A stretch of 64,000 nt of DNA. Source: an uncultured virus (IMG/VR IMGVR_UViG_3300020416_000657) (Duplodnaviria; Heunggongvirae; Uroviricota; Caudoviricetes). The notes below the pieces were generated by a model. It worked only from the letters and a program-made list of their open reading frames with translations. It was not told the DNA's origin and searched no databases. Below, piece after piece: positions 48,295-57,822 of this stretch. How positions within the stretch are numbered: position 1 is the stretch's first letter; the number at the start of each line of letters is the position of its first letter. Where the stretch lies: IMG/VR virus record IMGVR_UViG_3300020416_000657. The stretch is one strand, 5' to 3'. Both the position numbers and the translations under genes were made by a program.

Positions 48295-50232
48295 ATGGCT
48301 TTCCAATTATCGCCTGGCGTCTTAGTACAAGAAAAAGACCTCACAAATGTTGTCCCCGCTGTTGCCACCACTATTGGTGGAATCGTGGGAGACTTTCAAT
48401 GGGGCCCAGCTCATGAGATAATCTCAGTACAATCTGAGAACAATCTTGTTGAGAGGTTCGGTAAACCCACATTGAGTATATTTTATGACCACATGGTGGC
48501 ATCAAGTTTCCTTTCTTATGGTTCAAACTTATTAACCGTGAGAGAAGTTGGAGCTGCTGCTAGAAACGCAGTCTCAACTGGAACTGCTGTTCAAATTAAA
48601 AATCTAGAGCAATATCAAGAATCATACTCCAACGGAGAAGGTTCTGTAGGGCCATGGGCTGCAAAATACCCAGGCACACGAGGTAATGCTCTTCAAGTAG
48701 AAATCGCTGATATTGCATCTGCATCTGGATTGTCAGTAGGTTCTGCAACAGTAACCGCTGGTGGTTCTGGATACACATCCGCAACAGTCACATTTGCTGA
48801 CCCAACAGGAATTACCCCCGCTCAAGGTGGTATTACTGCTACTGGAACTGCAACTATATCTGGTGGTGCTGTTTCCGCAATCACAATTACACATCCAGGC
48901 TATGGATATTCATCCGCTCCTGCTGTGACTATTGGTGGTGACGGTTCATCTGCAACTGCTACATCTACATTGCAAACTGCATGGACATATGCTAGTCAGT
49001 TTGATTTTACACCAACCACAACTACATGGGCAAAAAACAATGGTGCTTCACGCGACATGGTTCATGTTATTGTCATTGATGAAACTGGAGAAATTACTGG
49101 AACTGCTGGAACAGTCCTAGAAAAATTTGCTGGATTATCTAAGGCATCCGATGCTAAAGATGACATCAACCAAACAAACTTTTACAAGAATGTAATCAAT
49201 GACCGTTCAGAATGGATATACTGGATGGATCATCCTACAAATGGTTCTAACTGGGGAACATCATCTGCTGGCGGAACAGTTTTTGCCTGCTTGAATGGTT
49301 CTTCAGATAGTGATGTTTCAACTTCACTTGCAAGTGGTGTTGATGCTTCTCCTGCTAATTCTGATTTACAGGCAGGATATCAACTATTCGCAAATGACGA
49401 ATTAGTAGATGTAAGTTTAATTCTTACTTCTGCTCACCCAACTGCTGTAGGTGATTATGTTATCGACAATGTTGCTGAAATCCGTAAAGATGCTATGGTA
49501 TTTATTTCTCCACAGAGAAGTGCCGTAGTAAACAACGAAGGTTCAGAATCAACATCAATTATTACAACCTCTGACCTAAATGCATATACTCGTTCATCTT
49601 ATGCAGTATATGATTCTGGTTGGAAATACATGTACGACAAGTACAATGACAGATATGTCTATGTTCCTTTGAACGGAGATGTCGCTGGTACTTGTGTTGT
49701 TACAGATAAATCAGATGACCCTTGGTTCTCGCCTGGCGGTCTTAATAGGGGACAGATTAAAAATGCAATCAAACTCGCATGGTCACCTACCAAGGCACAG
49801 AGGGATACACTTTATGCTAAAGGTGTTAACCCAGTAATTTCAACGCCTGGCTCTGGTATTGTATTGTTTGGAGACAAGACAATGCTTGATTCACCAAGTG
49901 CATTTAACAGGATTAATGTCCGTAGATTGTTTATTGTCCTTGAAAAGGCAATTGCAACTGCTGCTAAATTCCAATTATTCGAGTTCAACGATGCATTTAC
50001 AAGGGCACAGTTTGTTGCTCTAGTAGAACCTTTCTTGCGAGATGTACAAGGAAGAAGGGGTATCTTTGATTTCCGCGTTGTTTGTGACGAAACAAACAAT
50101 ACACCGCAAGTTATAGACGCAAACGAATTTAAGGCTGACATATTTGTCAAACCTGCTAAGTCTATTAACTTCATAACGCTAACATTTGTTGCGACAAGAA
50201 GCGGAATATCTTTTGAAGAACTTGGCGGTTAA
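48295..50232 (+). CDS. gp18: tail sheath protein
   Basis: FQLSPGVLVQEKDLT, FQWGP, AKYPG..GN, PWFSPGG.NRG, FGDKT and RINVRRLF motifs. Confidence 0.97.
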   Translation: MAFQLSPGVLVQEKDLTNVVPAVATTIGGIVGDFQWGPAHEIISVQSENNLVERFGKPTLSIFYDHMVASSFLSYGSNLLTVREVGAAARNAVSTGTAVQIKNLEQYQESYSNGEGSVGPWAAKYPGTRGNALQVEIADIASASGLSVGSATVTAGGSGYTSATVTFADPTGITPAQGGITATGTATISGGAVSAITITHPGYGYSSAPAVTIGGDGSSATATSTLQTAWTYASQFDFTPTTTTWAKNNGASRDMVHVIVIDETGEITGTAGTVLEKFAGLSKASDAKDDINQTNFYKNVINDRSEWIYWMDHPTNGSNWGTSSAGGTVFACLNGSSDSDVSTSLASGVDASPANSDLQAGYQLFANDELVDVSLILTSAHPTAVGDYVIDNVAEIRKDAMVFISPQRSAVVNNEGSESTSIITTSDLNAYTRSSYAVYDSGWKYMYDKYNDRYVYVPLNGDVAGTCVVTDKSDDPWFSPGGLNRGQIKNAIKLAWSPTKAQRDTLYAKGVNPVISTPGSGIVLFGDKTMLDSPSAFNRINVRRLFIVLEKAIATAAKFQLFEFNDAFTRAQFVALVEPFLRDVQGRRGIFDFRVVCDETNNTPQVIDANEFKADIFVKPAKSINFITLTFVATRSGISFEELGG

Positions 50233-50268
50233 TAGAGATAAATAAAATAAAGTTAGGAGAAAAAACAG

Positions 50269-50787
50269 ATGAATATTGAAGAGTTTAAGGCCAGACTAGG
50301 TGCTGGTGGAGCAAGACCTAATCAGTTTAGGGTTAAGCTTGCTTTCCCTTCTTATGTTACTGGTGTTGACCCATCTTACAGTCTGCTCGTAACTGGGGCC
50401 GCCCTTCCCGCTTCCAATGTAAACCCTGCCATTATACAATATAGAGGTAGGGAGATTAAACTTGCAGGCGAAAGGATATTCGACCCTTGGACTATTACAG
50501 TAGTTAATGACTCAGATTTTAGTTTACGAGCGCCGTTTGAAGCATGGATGAATGGTATGAATGACCGTGAATCCAACGAAGCTATCACTTTGACACCTTC
50601 TGGTTACCAGAGTGATATAATTGTAGAACATTTAGATAGGAATGATGCAGTATTACCTAATGGTACATACACTTTAAGAAATGCATTTCCTATTCAGATG
50701 TCAGAAATTGCGTTGAACTATGCACAGAATGACATCTTTGAAGAATTTACTGTGACATGGCAATATACGCATTATGATGTAGAATAA
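50269..50787 (+). CDS. gp19: tail tube protein
   Basis: GGARPNQFRV, YRGREIKLAGER.FDPWTITV.ND, NAFP and EEFTVTWQY motifs. Confidence 0.95.
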   Translation: MNIEEFKARLGAGGARPNQFRVKLAFPSYVTGVDPSYSLLVTGAALPASNVNPAIIQYRGREIKLAGERIFDPWTITVVNDSDFSLRAPFEAWMNGMNDRESNEAITLTPSGYQSDIIVEHLDRNDAVLPNGTYTLRNAFPIQMSEIALNYAQNDIFEEFTVTWQYTHYDVE

Positions 50788-50813
50788 TCTACGAGTTGAA
50801 GAAGGTATAAATT

Positions 50814-52334
50814 ATGGAATTATTTGGATTTGAAATATCAAGATCCAAGTCTAAGACGGAAAAATCATTCGTTCCGCCTCATGACGATGGGTCTTTAGAA
50901 AGTATAAGGGCGGGTGGATACTACGGCACTTACTTCGACATAGAAGGAACTGCTAATAGTGAAACCCAACTTATCAAAAGGTATAGAGATATATCAATGA
51001 TGGGAGATGTTGACGCAGCCATCGAGGATGTTGTCAATGATGCCATCGCAAACTTGGACGATGAGAAACCAGTCAAGTTAAATCTTGACAAGGTTCAACA
51101 ATCTGCCACCGTTAAAAGGGCAATCATCCAAGAGTTTGATGGTGTTCTTAGAATGTTAGACTTTAATGTTCGGGCACAAGATTATTTTAGACGATGGTAC
51201 ATTGATGGAAGAATTTTTTTCCACAAGGTCATCGATACTGAAAAGAAAAAAGAAGGTATAAAAGATGTTCGTTATGTAGACCCAAGGAAAATCCGAAAGG
51301 TCAGAGAGATTAAGAAAGAGAAAGATAAAAAATCTCAAGTAACTCTCGTAAAAGATGTACAAGAATATTTTGTATTTGATGAGAAGGGAATTGCCACTAA
51401 CTCTCAAATGTCATACAAGACAGATGTAGTTAATGATAAGGCAATTAAGGTTAGCAAAGACTCAGTTACATATTGTACATCTGGATTAGTTGACCAAGAT
51501 AGGAATATACCACTATCTTATTTACATAAAGCGATACGCCCTGCTAACCAATTGAGAATGATGGAGAACGCGGTGGTGATTTATCGTATCACACGGGCTC
51601 CCGAAAGAAGAATTTTTTATATAGATGTTGGGAATCTGCCCACAGGAAAAGCAGAACAATATCTAAAAGATGTGATGAGTCGCTACAGAAACAAACTTGT
51701 TTATGATAGTGATACTGGTGAGATAAGAGATGACAAGAAGTTTATGTCAATGCTTGAAGACTTCTGGTTACCACGAAAAGAAGGTGGTAGAGGTACAGAG
51801 ATTCAAACATTGCCAGGCGGTGCGAACTTAGGTGAGATTGAAGATGTAGTTTACTTCCAAAAGAAACTATATCAATCACTTAATGTTCCGATTTCGCGTC
51901 TGGAACAACAGACAGGTCTAAATTTTGGACGGTCTGCTGAGATTACTAGGGATGAACTTAAATTTACAAAGTTCATTTCAAAGTTGAGAAATAGATTTAG
52001 TGGGATATTTGATGACCTACTAAAAACTCAACTAGTTTTAAAAGGGGTCATTAACGAAGAGGAATGGCCAGAGATTAGGAATGACCTACAGTATATGTTT
52101 GCACAAGATGCTTATTATACTGAGTCTAAGGAACAAGAGATTCTTAGAAGTAGGTTAGAAATACTAAACGGTGTAGTACCATTTATAGGTCAGTTGTTTA
52201 GTAAAGAATATGTCCAGAAAAACATTATGCGTTTTTCGGATGAAGAGATTGATATTATGGACGAGCAAATTGCAGCTGGTCAAGAAGAAGGGGGTGAAGA
52301 ACCTCAAATAACTAATGGAGAAGATAATGAGTGA
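50814..52334 (+). CDS. gp20: portal protein
   Basis: LFGFEI, FRRWYIDGR, NQLRMMENAVVIYRITRAPERRIFYIDVGNLP and EDFWLPRKEGGRGTEI motifs. Confidence 0.97.
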   Translation: MELFGFEISRSKSKTEKSFVPPHDDGSLESIRAGGYYGTYFDIEGTANSETQLIKRYRDISMMGDVDAAIEDVVNDAIANLDDEKPVKLNLDKVQQSATVKRAIIQEFDGVLRMLDFNVRAQDYFRRWYIDGRIFFHKVIDTEKKKEGIKDVRYVDPRKIRKVREIKKEKDKKSQVTLVKDVQEYFVFDEKGIATNSQMSYKTDVVNDKAIKVSKDSVTYCTSGLVDQDRNIPLSYLHKAIRPANQLRMMENAVVIYRITRAPERRIFYIDVGNLPTGKAEQYLKDVMSRYRNKLVYDSDTGEIRDDKKFMSMLEDFWLPRKEGGRGTEIQTLPGGANLGEIEDVVYFQKKLYQSLNVPISRLEQQTGLNFGRSAEITRDELKFTKFISKLRNRFSGIFDDLLKTQLVLKGVINEEEWPEIRNDLQYMFAQDAYYTESKEQEILRSRLEILNGVVPFIGQLFSKEYVQKNIMRFSDEEIDIMDEQIAAGQEEGGEEPQITNGEDNE

Positions 52335-52617
52335 AACAGATAATGTAGAAGTAGAAGTTGCCGATGAAGTAACACCACAAGATGCTGTCAGAAATATGAT
52401 GGATAAGTGGGCAGATGGTGACTATACTGGAGCAAACGATGAGTTTGCAAAGGCAATGGGTACAAGGGCGGATGAATTAATTTCCGCGAGGAAGGAAGAA
52501 ATATCTAATGCGATATTTAATGACCCAGAACTACAGAAAATGGGACTTGAGGCTGCACCAGAGGAAGAAATAGAACAAACAGAAACCGATACAGGGGAAA
52601 CAGATGAAGACATTTAA
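52327..52617 (+). CDS. acidic prohead core protein (gp67 position)
   Basis: Small acidic ORF directly after the portal gene. Confidence 0.55.
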   Translation: MSETDNVEVEVADEVTPQDAVRNMMDKWADGDYTGANDEFAKAMGTRADELISARKEEISNAIFNDPELQKMGLEAAPEEEIEQTETDTGETDEDI

Positions 52618-52954
52618 AGAACTACGCGAGGAAGCGCAGGCTGTAGAAAAACCTAAGAAGGAACAACCTACTGCAAATCTGCCTACCGAAGACGGCGCGG
52701 AAGGTCATGTCACTCCCCCAAAACAGGGAAGTTCGGAAGACCCTAAATTAACACATATGTGTGCAACTAAGGTAGTCCATCCCAAATTCGGAGAGGGAAG
52801 CCCCATAGTAGGTGAGCATGCTGAACCAAATAAAGATGGTGAAGTTGCTTGGTATCGGGTTATGTTTGAACACGGAGTTGAAATGTGTGAGACTTATGCT
52901 CTAGAAATTTTAGCAGAAGGCCCACATGGTAACCACTCCAAGAAAAAGAATTAA
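52604..52954 (+). CDS. hypothetical head-associated protein
   Basis: Starts MKTFKELREE, like capsid-targeting leaders cleaved by gp21; lies in the prohead core gene block. Confidence 0.55.
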   Translation: MKTFKELREEAQAVEKPKKEQPTANLPTEDGAEGHVTPPKQGSSEDPKLTHMCATKVVHPKFGEGSPIVGEHAEPNKDGEVAWYRVMFEHGVEMCETYALEILAEGPHGNHSKKKN

Positions 52955-52967
52955 CAGGAGAAACTAA

Positions 52968-53357
52968 ATGGCAGTCGTAGTCGATGTTTTAAAACTTACT
53001 CAAGTCCAAGGAGTTTGTGCCGTTCGTGGGACAGCTGCGACAGGCACCATTGCTCTCGCAACCACTCTGAAGAAGAGTACAGAGACACAGAGTTCACCAA
53101 AGGCAGATATTAAAGCAATTCATTGGACATTATCAAGTGGTGCAAGTGCTAAAATACAAAGGAATAGTGATGTTCTCTATGAATTGATGGAGAGTGGTTC
53201 ACTAGATTTTTATGGGTTCAATGACAATCACCAGAATGACCAAGATATAGATGTCGTTATTGCTGGTGGTGCTGGGGGAACAGTAATAGTAGAGACTGCT
53301 AAGGTTAGTGGATATGGTTCACAACAACACCAAGGCGCAGATGGGAGCTTAGGATAA
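52968..53357 (+). CDS. hypothetical virion protein
   Basis: Beta-rich ORF with AGGAG Shine-Dalgarno between portal and protease genes. Confidence 0.6.
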   Translation: MAVVVDVLKLTQVQGVCAVRGTAATGTIALATTLKKSTETQSSPKADIKAIHWTLSSGASAKIQRNSDVLYELMESGSLDFYGFNDNHQNDQDIDVVIAGGAGGTVIVETAKVSGYGSQQHQGADGSLG

Positions 53358-53358
53358 T

Positions 53359-54012
53359 ATGAAACTTATAACAGAAACAACAGAAGATATTCAATATATC
53401 AAAGAAGAAAGTAACGGTAAGACAAACCTTTTTATTGAAGGTGTCTTTCTCCAATCTGACCTTAAAAACAGGAACGGTAGAGTATACCCACGCGAAATTA
53501 TGCAAAGGGAAGTAAACCGTTATGTTAAAGAAAGCATTAAGAAGAAAAGGGCGATGGGTGAGTTAGGACATCCAGATGGCCCTACAATCAATTTAGATCG
53601 TGTATCGCACATGATAACTTCTTTGAAAGAAGATGGTTCCAATTATATTGGAAAAGCAAAAATTCTTGATACACCTATGGGAAATATCGTAAAGAACCTT
53701 ATTGACGAAGGTGCCTCCCTTGGTGTGAGTTCCAGAGGACTCGGAACTTTAAAAGAAAAGAATGGCATAAACGAGGTTCAAGATGACTTTGTACTTTCAA
53801 CTGCTGCTGATATAGTCGCAGACCCATCCGCTCCAGATGCCTTTGTAAGGGGTATTATGGAACACAAAGAGTGGGTAATGGTTGAAGGAACATGGATGGA
53901 ACAGGACATAGACTTGGCTGTAAGGCGAATTAAGAAGGCTGGTTCTCGTGAACTAGAGGAAGCGAAGATGGAAGTGTTCAGTTCATTCATGGATAAGTTG
54001 TCAAAAATCTAA
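53359..54012 (+). CDS. gp21: prohead core protease
   Basis: MKLITE, IEGVFLQ...NRNGRVYP, GELGHP, GVSSRGLG and DIVADPSAPDAFV motifs. Confidence 0.97.
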   Translation: MKLITETTEDIQYIKEESNGKTNLFIEGVFLQSDLKNRNGRVYPREIMQREVNRYVKESIKKKRAMGELGHPDGPTINLDRVSHMITSLKEDGSNYIGKAKILDTPMGNIVKNLIDEGASLGVSSRGLGTLKEKNGINEVQDDFVLSTAADIVADPSAPDAFVRGIMEHKEWVMVEGTWMEQDIDLAVRRIKKAGSRELEEAKMEVFSSFMDKLSKI

Positions 54013-54017
54013 AGATT

Positions 54018-54025
54018 TATAAATA
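54018..54025 (+). promoter_or_regulatory. T4-type late promoter
   Basis: Intergenic TATAAATA upstream of gp22. Confidence 0.7.
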
Positions 54026-54062
54026 AATACAGTATAACGCAAATCTCAAAGGAGAAATTAAC

Positions 54063-55325
54063 ATGGGCGTAGAAAGCAAAATAAGAGAAATGCTCGCTAA
54101 GGGTAAGGAAGTAGAATCCGCTCTTAACGAGGAGACTCAAGAACTGGACGAGGAGTCTAGGGGTGGAGTTGCTAACAATCTGAGGCCAAATGCAACAGAT
54201 GGGCATAAAGTAAATCCAACTCAAGGGAACTCAAATCCTAATCCAGAAATTCAAGACCTTAGTGGAACTGGAGACAAGCATGGTGGTTTAACATCTGCTA
54301 TTGGCCCCGCTTCCGCATCAAAAATAGGTGATTCACCAAGGCCTGCTAACTCAGGCGCTGGTCAGGCACCAAACTACGAAGGTGGTGAAGACACCGCATC
54401 TGTAGTTGCTCAGAAATCTTCTGAAGGTATTCGTAACCAGAAAGTTTCAGAAGAAGAAGAGATAGAAGAGGATGAAGTAATCGCTGAAGATGAAGTAGAT
54501 AACGAAGAAGAAGTTGTCTCTGAGTCTGAAGTAGAAGAAGTCGAATCAGAAGAAGAGGAGGACACAGAAGTGTCAGAAACAGAAGAACAAGAAGAAACTT
54601 TGTTTGAAAATGACATTCAAAACCTTTTCGCTGATGAGGAACACCTCTCAGAAGAGTTTAAAGTAAAGGCTGCTGAATTATTTGAAACAGTAGTCACCGC
54701 AAGACTCGCTAATGAAATGGAAACCATTCAGAAAGAACTAGAAGAACAGTCTAATATTGAAAGAGAAACTTTCAAGGAAGAGATGGTTGGTAAAATTGAC
54801 CAATATCTTAACTATGTTGCTGAAAACTGGATGAAAGAGAACGAGCTTGCTATTGAGCGTGGTCTTAGGACTGAAATTACAGAAGACTTTATTAAGTCTC
54901 TGAAACAAGTTTTCGCTGAACATTACATCGAAGTTCCACAAGACAAGTACGATGTACTTGGCGAAATGCAAGACGAAATTGAGGAACTCAAAAAGAAACT
55001 CAATGAGTCTGTGGAAGCACAAATTAATCTTACTACTGATAGGGAATCGCTAATGCGTTCTAAAATCATTGGTGAGATTTCCGAAGATTTAACACTTACT
55101 GAACAAGAGAAACTTACATCTCTAGTTGAGGATGTTGACTTTGGAAGTGCGGAGATGTTCGCTGAAAAAGTATCAGTCGTTAAAGAGAATTACTTTCCTA
55201 AACAAGAAACCTTAACTGAAGAGTCACCAGAACCGATGACTGACACAGTTCCAGAGGCAATGCTTGACGAAGGTAGTACAGTTAACAAGTACGCTCAGGC
55301 GATTTCCAGACAACTTAAAAAATAA
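54063..55325 (+). CDS. gp22: prohead scaffold/core protein
   Basis: LSEEFKVKAAELFE, YLNYVAENWMKENELAIERGLRTEITEDF, EHYIEVP and KENYF motifs. Confidence 0.93.
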   Translation: MGVESKIREMLAKGKEVESALNEETQELDEESRGGVANNLRPNATDGHKVNPTQGNSNPNPEIQDLSGTGDKHGGLTSAIGPASASKIGDSPRPANSGAGQAPNYEGGEDTASVVAQKSSEGIRNQKVSEEEEIEEDEVIAEDEVDNEEEVVSESEVEEVESEEEEDTEVSETEEQEETLFENDIQNLFADEEHLSEEFKVKAAELFETVVTARLANEMETIQKELEEQSNIERETFKEEMVGKIDQYLNYVAENWMKENELAIERGLRTEITEDFIKSLKQVFAEHYIEVPQDKYDVLGEMQDEIEELKKKLNESVEAQINLTTDRESLMRSKIIGEISEDLTLTEQEKLTSLVEDVDFGSAEMFAEKVSVVKENYFPKQETLTEESPEPMTDTVPEAMLDEGSTVNKYAQAISRQLKK

Positions 55326-55331
55326 GTTTAT

Positions 55332-55339
55332 TATAAATA
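55332..55339 (+). promoter_or_regulatory. T4-type late promoter
   Basis: Intergenic TATAAATA upstream of gp23. Confidence 0.75.
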
Positions 55340-55381
55340 ATACCAATAGGTAAATAACCAGAAAGAAAATAGGAGACTACA

Positions 55382-56647
55382 ATGTATCTTTCAGAAGAAA
55401 TCCAAAAAAAGTGGAGTCCAGTATTGGATCACCCCGACCTTGGCGAAATCAAGGATAGTTATCGTAAAGCGGTAACTGCTGTAATTCTTGAAAACCAAGA
55501 AAAGGCATTGCAAGAAGAGAAATCAATAATCTCTGAAGCAGTTCACGCAAATAATATGTCATCTGCGATTGACACTTATGACCCCATCCTTATCTCATTA
55601 GTAAGACGAGCTCTTCCTAATTTGATGGCGTATGATGTCTGTGGTGTTCAACCTATGACAGGCCCAACAGGTCTTATCTTTGCCATGAAGTCACACTACA
55701 CCTCTCAAACAGGTACAGAAGCTCTGTACAATGAGGCTGATACTGACTTTGCTGGTACAGGTACTCACGCTGGGTCGAATCCAGTTGACGGTTCATACAC
55801 AACTGGTACTGGTGTAACTAGAGACAATGCAGAATTGTTCGGTGACACAGTTACTTTGAACCAAATGGCATTCTCAATCGAGAAGACAACTGTAACCGCT
55901 AAGTCAAGGGCATTAAAAGCAGAATATACTGTGGAACTTGCTCAAGACCTTAAAGCAGTTCACGGTCTTGACGCTGAGTCAGAATTATCAAACATTCTGT
56001 CACAGGAAATTCTCGCTGAGATTAACCGAGAAGTAATTAGAACTATCTACAAAGTTGCTAAGACAGGTGCTGCTTCGACTGCATCTGCTGGTACTTTCGA
56101 CCTTGATGTTGATTCAAATGGTCGTTGGTCTGTAGAAAGGTTCAAGGGTCTCTTGTTCAACATTGAACGAGATGCTAATGTTATCGCTCAAGATACTCGT
56201 AGAGGAAAAGGTAACTTCATCATCTGTTCTTCAGATGTTGCCTCTGCACTTTCAATGGCTGGTGTATTAGATTACGCTCCTGCTCTTGACACTAATCTTA
56301 ATGTCGATGACACAGGTAACACTTTCGCTGGTGTTCTTAACGGACGCTACAGAGTGTATGTTGACCCTTATTCTGCTAACACAGGTGCTGCTTCTCAGTT
56401 CTATGTTGCCGGTTATAAAGGAACTTCACCTTATGACGCTGGTCTGTTCTACTGTCCGTATGTACCTTTACAAATGGTTCGTGCGATTGACCCATCTACT
56501 TTCCAACCGAAAATCGGTTTCAAAACTAGATATGGTATGATTGCTAACCCATATGTAACACAATCTGACGGTACTACAGATGCAGACACATTTACTGCTG
56601 ATAGAAACCAGTACTACAGGTCTGTTAAAGTTACTAACCTTATGTAA
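55382..56647 (+). CDS. gp23: major capsid protein
   Basis: DPILISLVRRALPNL.AYDVCGVQPMTGPTGLIFAM, SRALKAEYT.ELAQDLKA.HGLDAE and FQPKIGFKTRYG motifs. Confidence 0.98.
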   Translation: MYLSEEIQKKWSPVLDHPDLGEIKDSYRKAVTAVILENQEKALQEEKSIISEAVHANNMSSAIDTYDPILISLVRRALPNLMAYDVCGVQPMTGPTGLIFAMKSHYTSQTGTEALYNEADTDFAGTGTHAGSNPVDGSYTTGTGVTRDNAELFGDTVTLNQMAFSIEKTTVTAKSRALKAEYTVELAQDLKAVHGLDAESELSNILSQEILAEINREVIRTIYKVAKTGAASTASAGTFDLDVDSNGRWSVERFKGLLFNIERDANVIAQDTRRGKGNFIICSSDVASALSMAGVLDYAPALDTNLNVDDTGNTFAGVLNGRYRVYVDPYSANTGAASQFYVAGYKGTSPYDAGLFYCPYVPLQMVRAIDPSTFQPKIGFKTRYGMIANPYVTQSDGTTDADTFTADRNQYYRSVKVTNLM

Positions 56648-56691
56648 CAATAAGAGTTGGGACAACCAACCAGTAAAAACAACAGTTTTAG

Positions 56692-56718
56692 AGGGAGTCG
56701 CAAGACTCCCTTTTTTTT
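56692..56718 (+). terminator. Rho-independent terminator after gp23
   Basis: GGGAGTC-GCAA-GACTCCC (GNRA loop) followed by T8. Confidence 0.9.
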
Positions 56719-56721
56719 CGC

Positions 56722-56750
56722 TTGACATTTGTTATAAATAGCAGTATAAT
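56722..56750 (+). promoter_or_regulatory. nested sigma70 and late promoters
   Basis: TTGACA-N17-TATAAT with TATAAATA (56733-56740) inside the spacer. Confidence 0.75.
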
Positions 56751-56774
56751 ATTAATCATTTTAGGTTTAAAACC

Positions 56775-57362
56775 ATGGCATTTACAGTAACACCAAATGT
56801 ATCAGAAGGTAATTTCGCCGCTCAATCGGGGACGGAACTTGACTATCTTAGACCCAATGGGTTTAAGTTCCAAGTCCATAATCTTCCTAATGTCGCGTTC
56901 TTTTGTCAAGGTGCAAATATTCCAGACATGACTATTGGTTTCCCAGTACAAACTACACCGCTACAGGATATACCATTTCCAGGCGATAAGATTACTTTTG
57001 GTGACCTAAATATAAGATTCCTAATACAAGAAGATATGACAAACTATATCGAACTGTATAACTGGTTAGTTGGACTAGGGTTCCCAGAGAAACATTCTCA
57101 GTTTACTGAGTTTGTTAAGTCTCAACAATGGAGAACTGGTGGACAAAGAACAGCTAAACAAGAATCAATTGGACAAGTTAGTGACGCGAGTTTGTTTGTA
57201 CTCGACTCTAACAATAATCCAAATCAAGAAATTTTATTCAAAGATGCTTTTCCAATTGCATTGAGTGGATTAGACTTTGACATATCTGGTGGAGACTCAC
57301 CATACTTTGTTGGACTTGCATCTTTTAAATATAGGATATTTAATATTAAATCTGTAACTTAA
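56775..57362 (+). CDS. gp3: tail tube terminator / tail completion protein
   Basis: YLRPNGFKF..LPNV.FFCQ.ANIP, PGDKI.FGDL.IRFL..EDM.NY.E.YNW and SDASL motifs. Confidence 0.9.
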   Translation: MAFTVTPNVSEGNFAAQSGTELDYLRPNGFKFQVHNLPNVAFFCQGANIPDMTIGFPVQTTPLQDIPFPGDKITFGDLNIRFLIQEDMTNYIELYNWLVGLGFPEKHSQFTEFVKSQQWRTGGQRTAKQESIGQVSDASLFVLDSNNNPNQEILFKDAFPIALSGLDFDISGGDSPYFVGLASFKYRIFNIKSVT

Positions 57363-57378
57363 CATTGAAGGATATATT

Positions 57379-57822
57379 ATGGCTACATTGAACGAACTTC
57401 AAGATATGTGGGCTGAAGATTGTAAAATCGATGAACTTGACCTTGGTGCCGAATCTATAGGTACACCAAATCTTCACGCAAAATATGTAACTCACCTTGC
57501 TAACTTTAAATTACAATTAAGAAAAGCACAGGCGGACTTGGCAAGACTTGAAAGAGTTAAGTCAGAATACTTTCGTGGAGAATTATCCAAAGAGGAACTT
57601 GACCAACTTGGTTGGGAACCTTGGTATAAAAATTCCGTACTCAAATCTGACATGAGAGCAGTACTAGATGGAGATGGGGATATTATAAAACAACAAGATA
57701 AAATTTGGTACTTAGAAACAACAGTAGATTTTTTGGACAGGGTATTGCGTAGTTTAAATTCGAGGACTTGGGACATCAAAAATGCTGTTGAATGGAACAA
57801 GACACAATCTGGCCTACTATGA
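57379..57822 (+). CDS. uvsY: recombination mediator
   Basis: LQDMWAEDCKID, PNLHAKY, EYFRG and RTWDIKNAVEW motifs. Confidence 0.92.
   Translation: MATLNELQDMWAEDCKIDELDLGAESIGTPNLHAKYVTHLANFKLQLRKAQADLARLERVKSEYFRGELSKEELDQLGWEPWYKNSVLKSDMRAVLDGDGDIIKQQDKIWYLETTVDFLDRVLRSLNSRTWDIKNAVEWNKTQSGLL

Noticed and set aside
54440..54600. GAA-rich low-complexity tract
   Set aside because: It encodes the ordinary Glu-rich linker of the gp22 scaffold.
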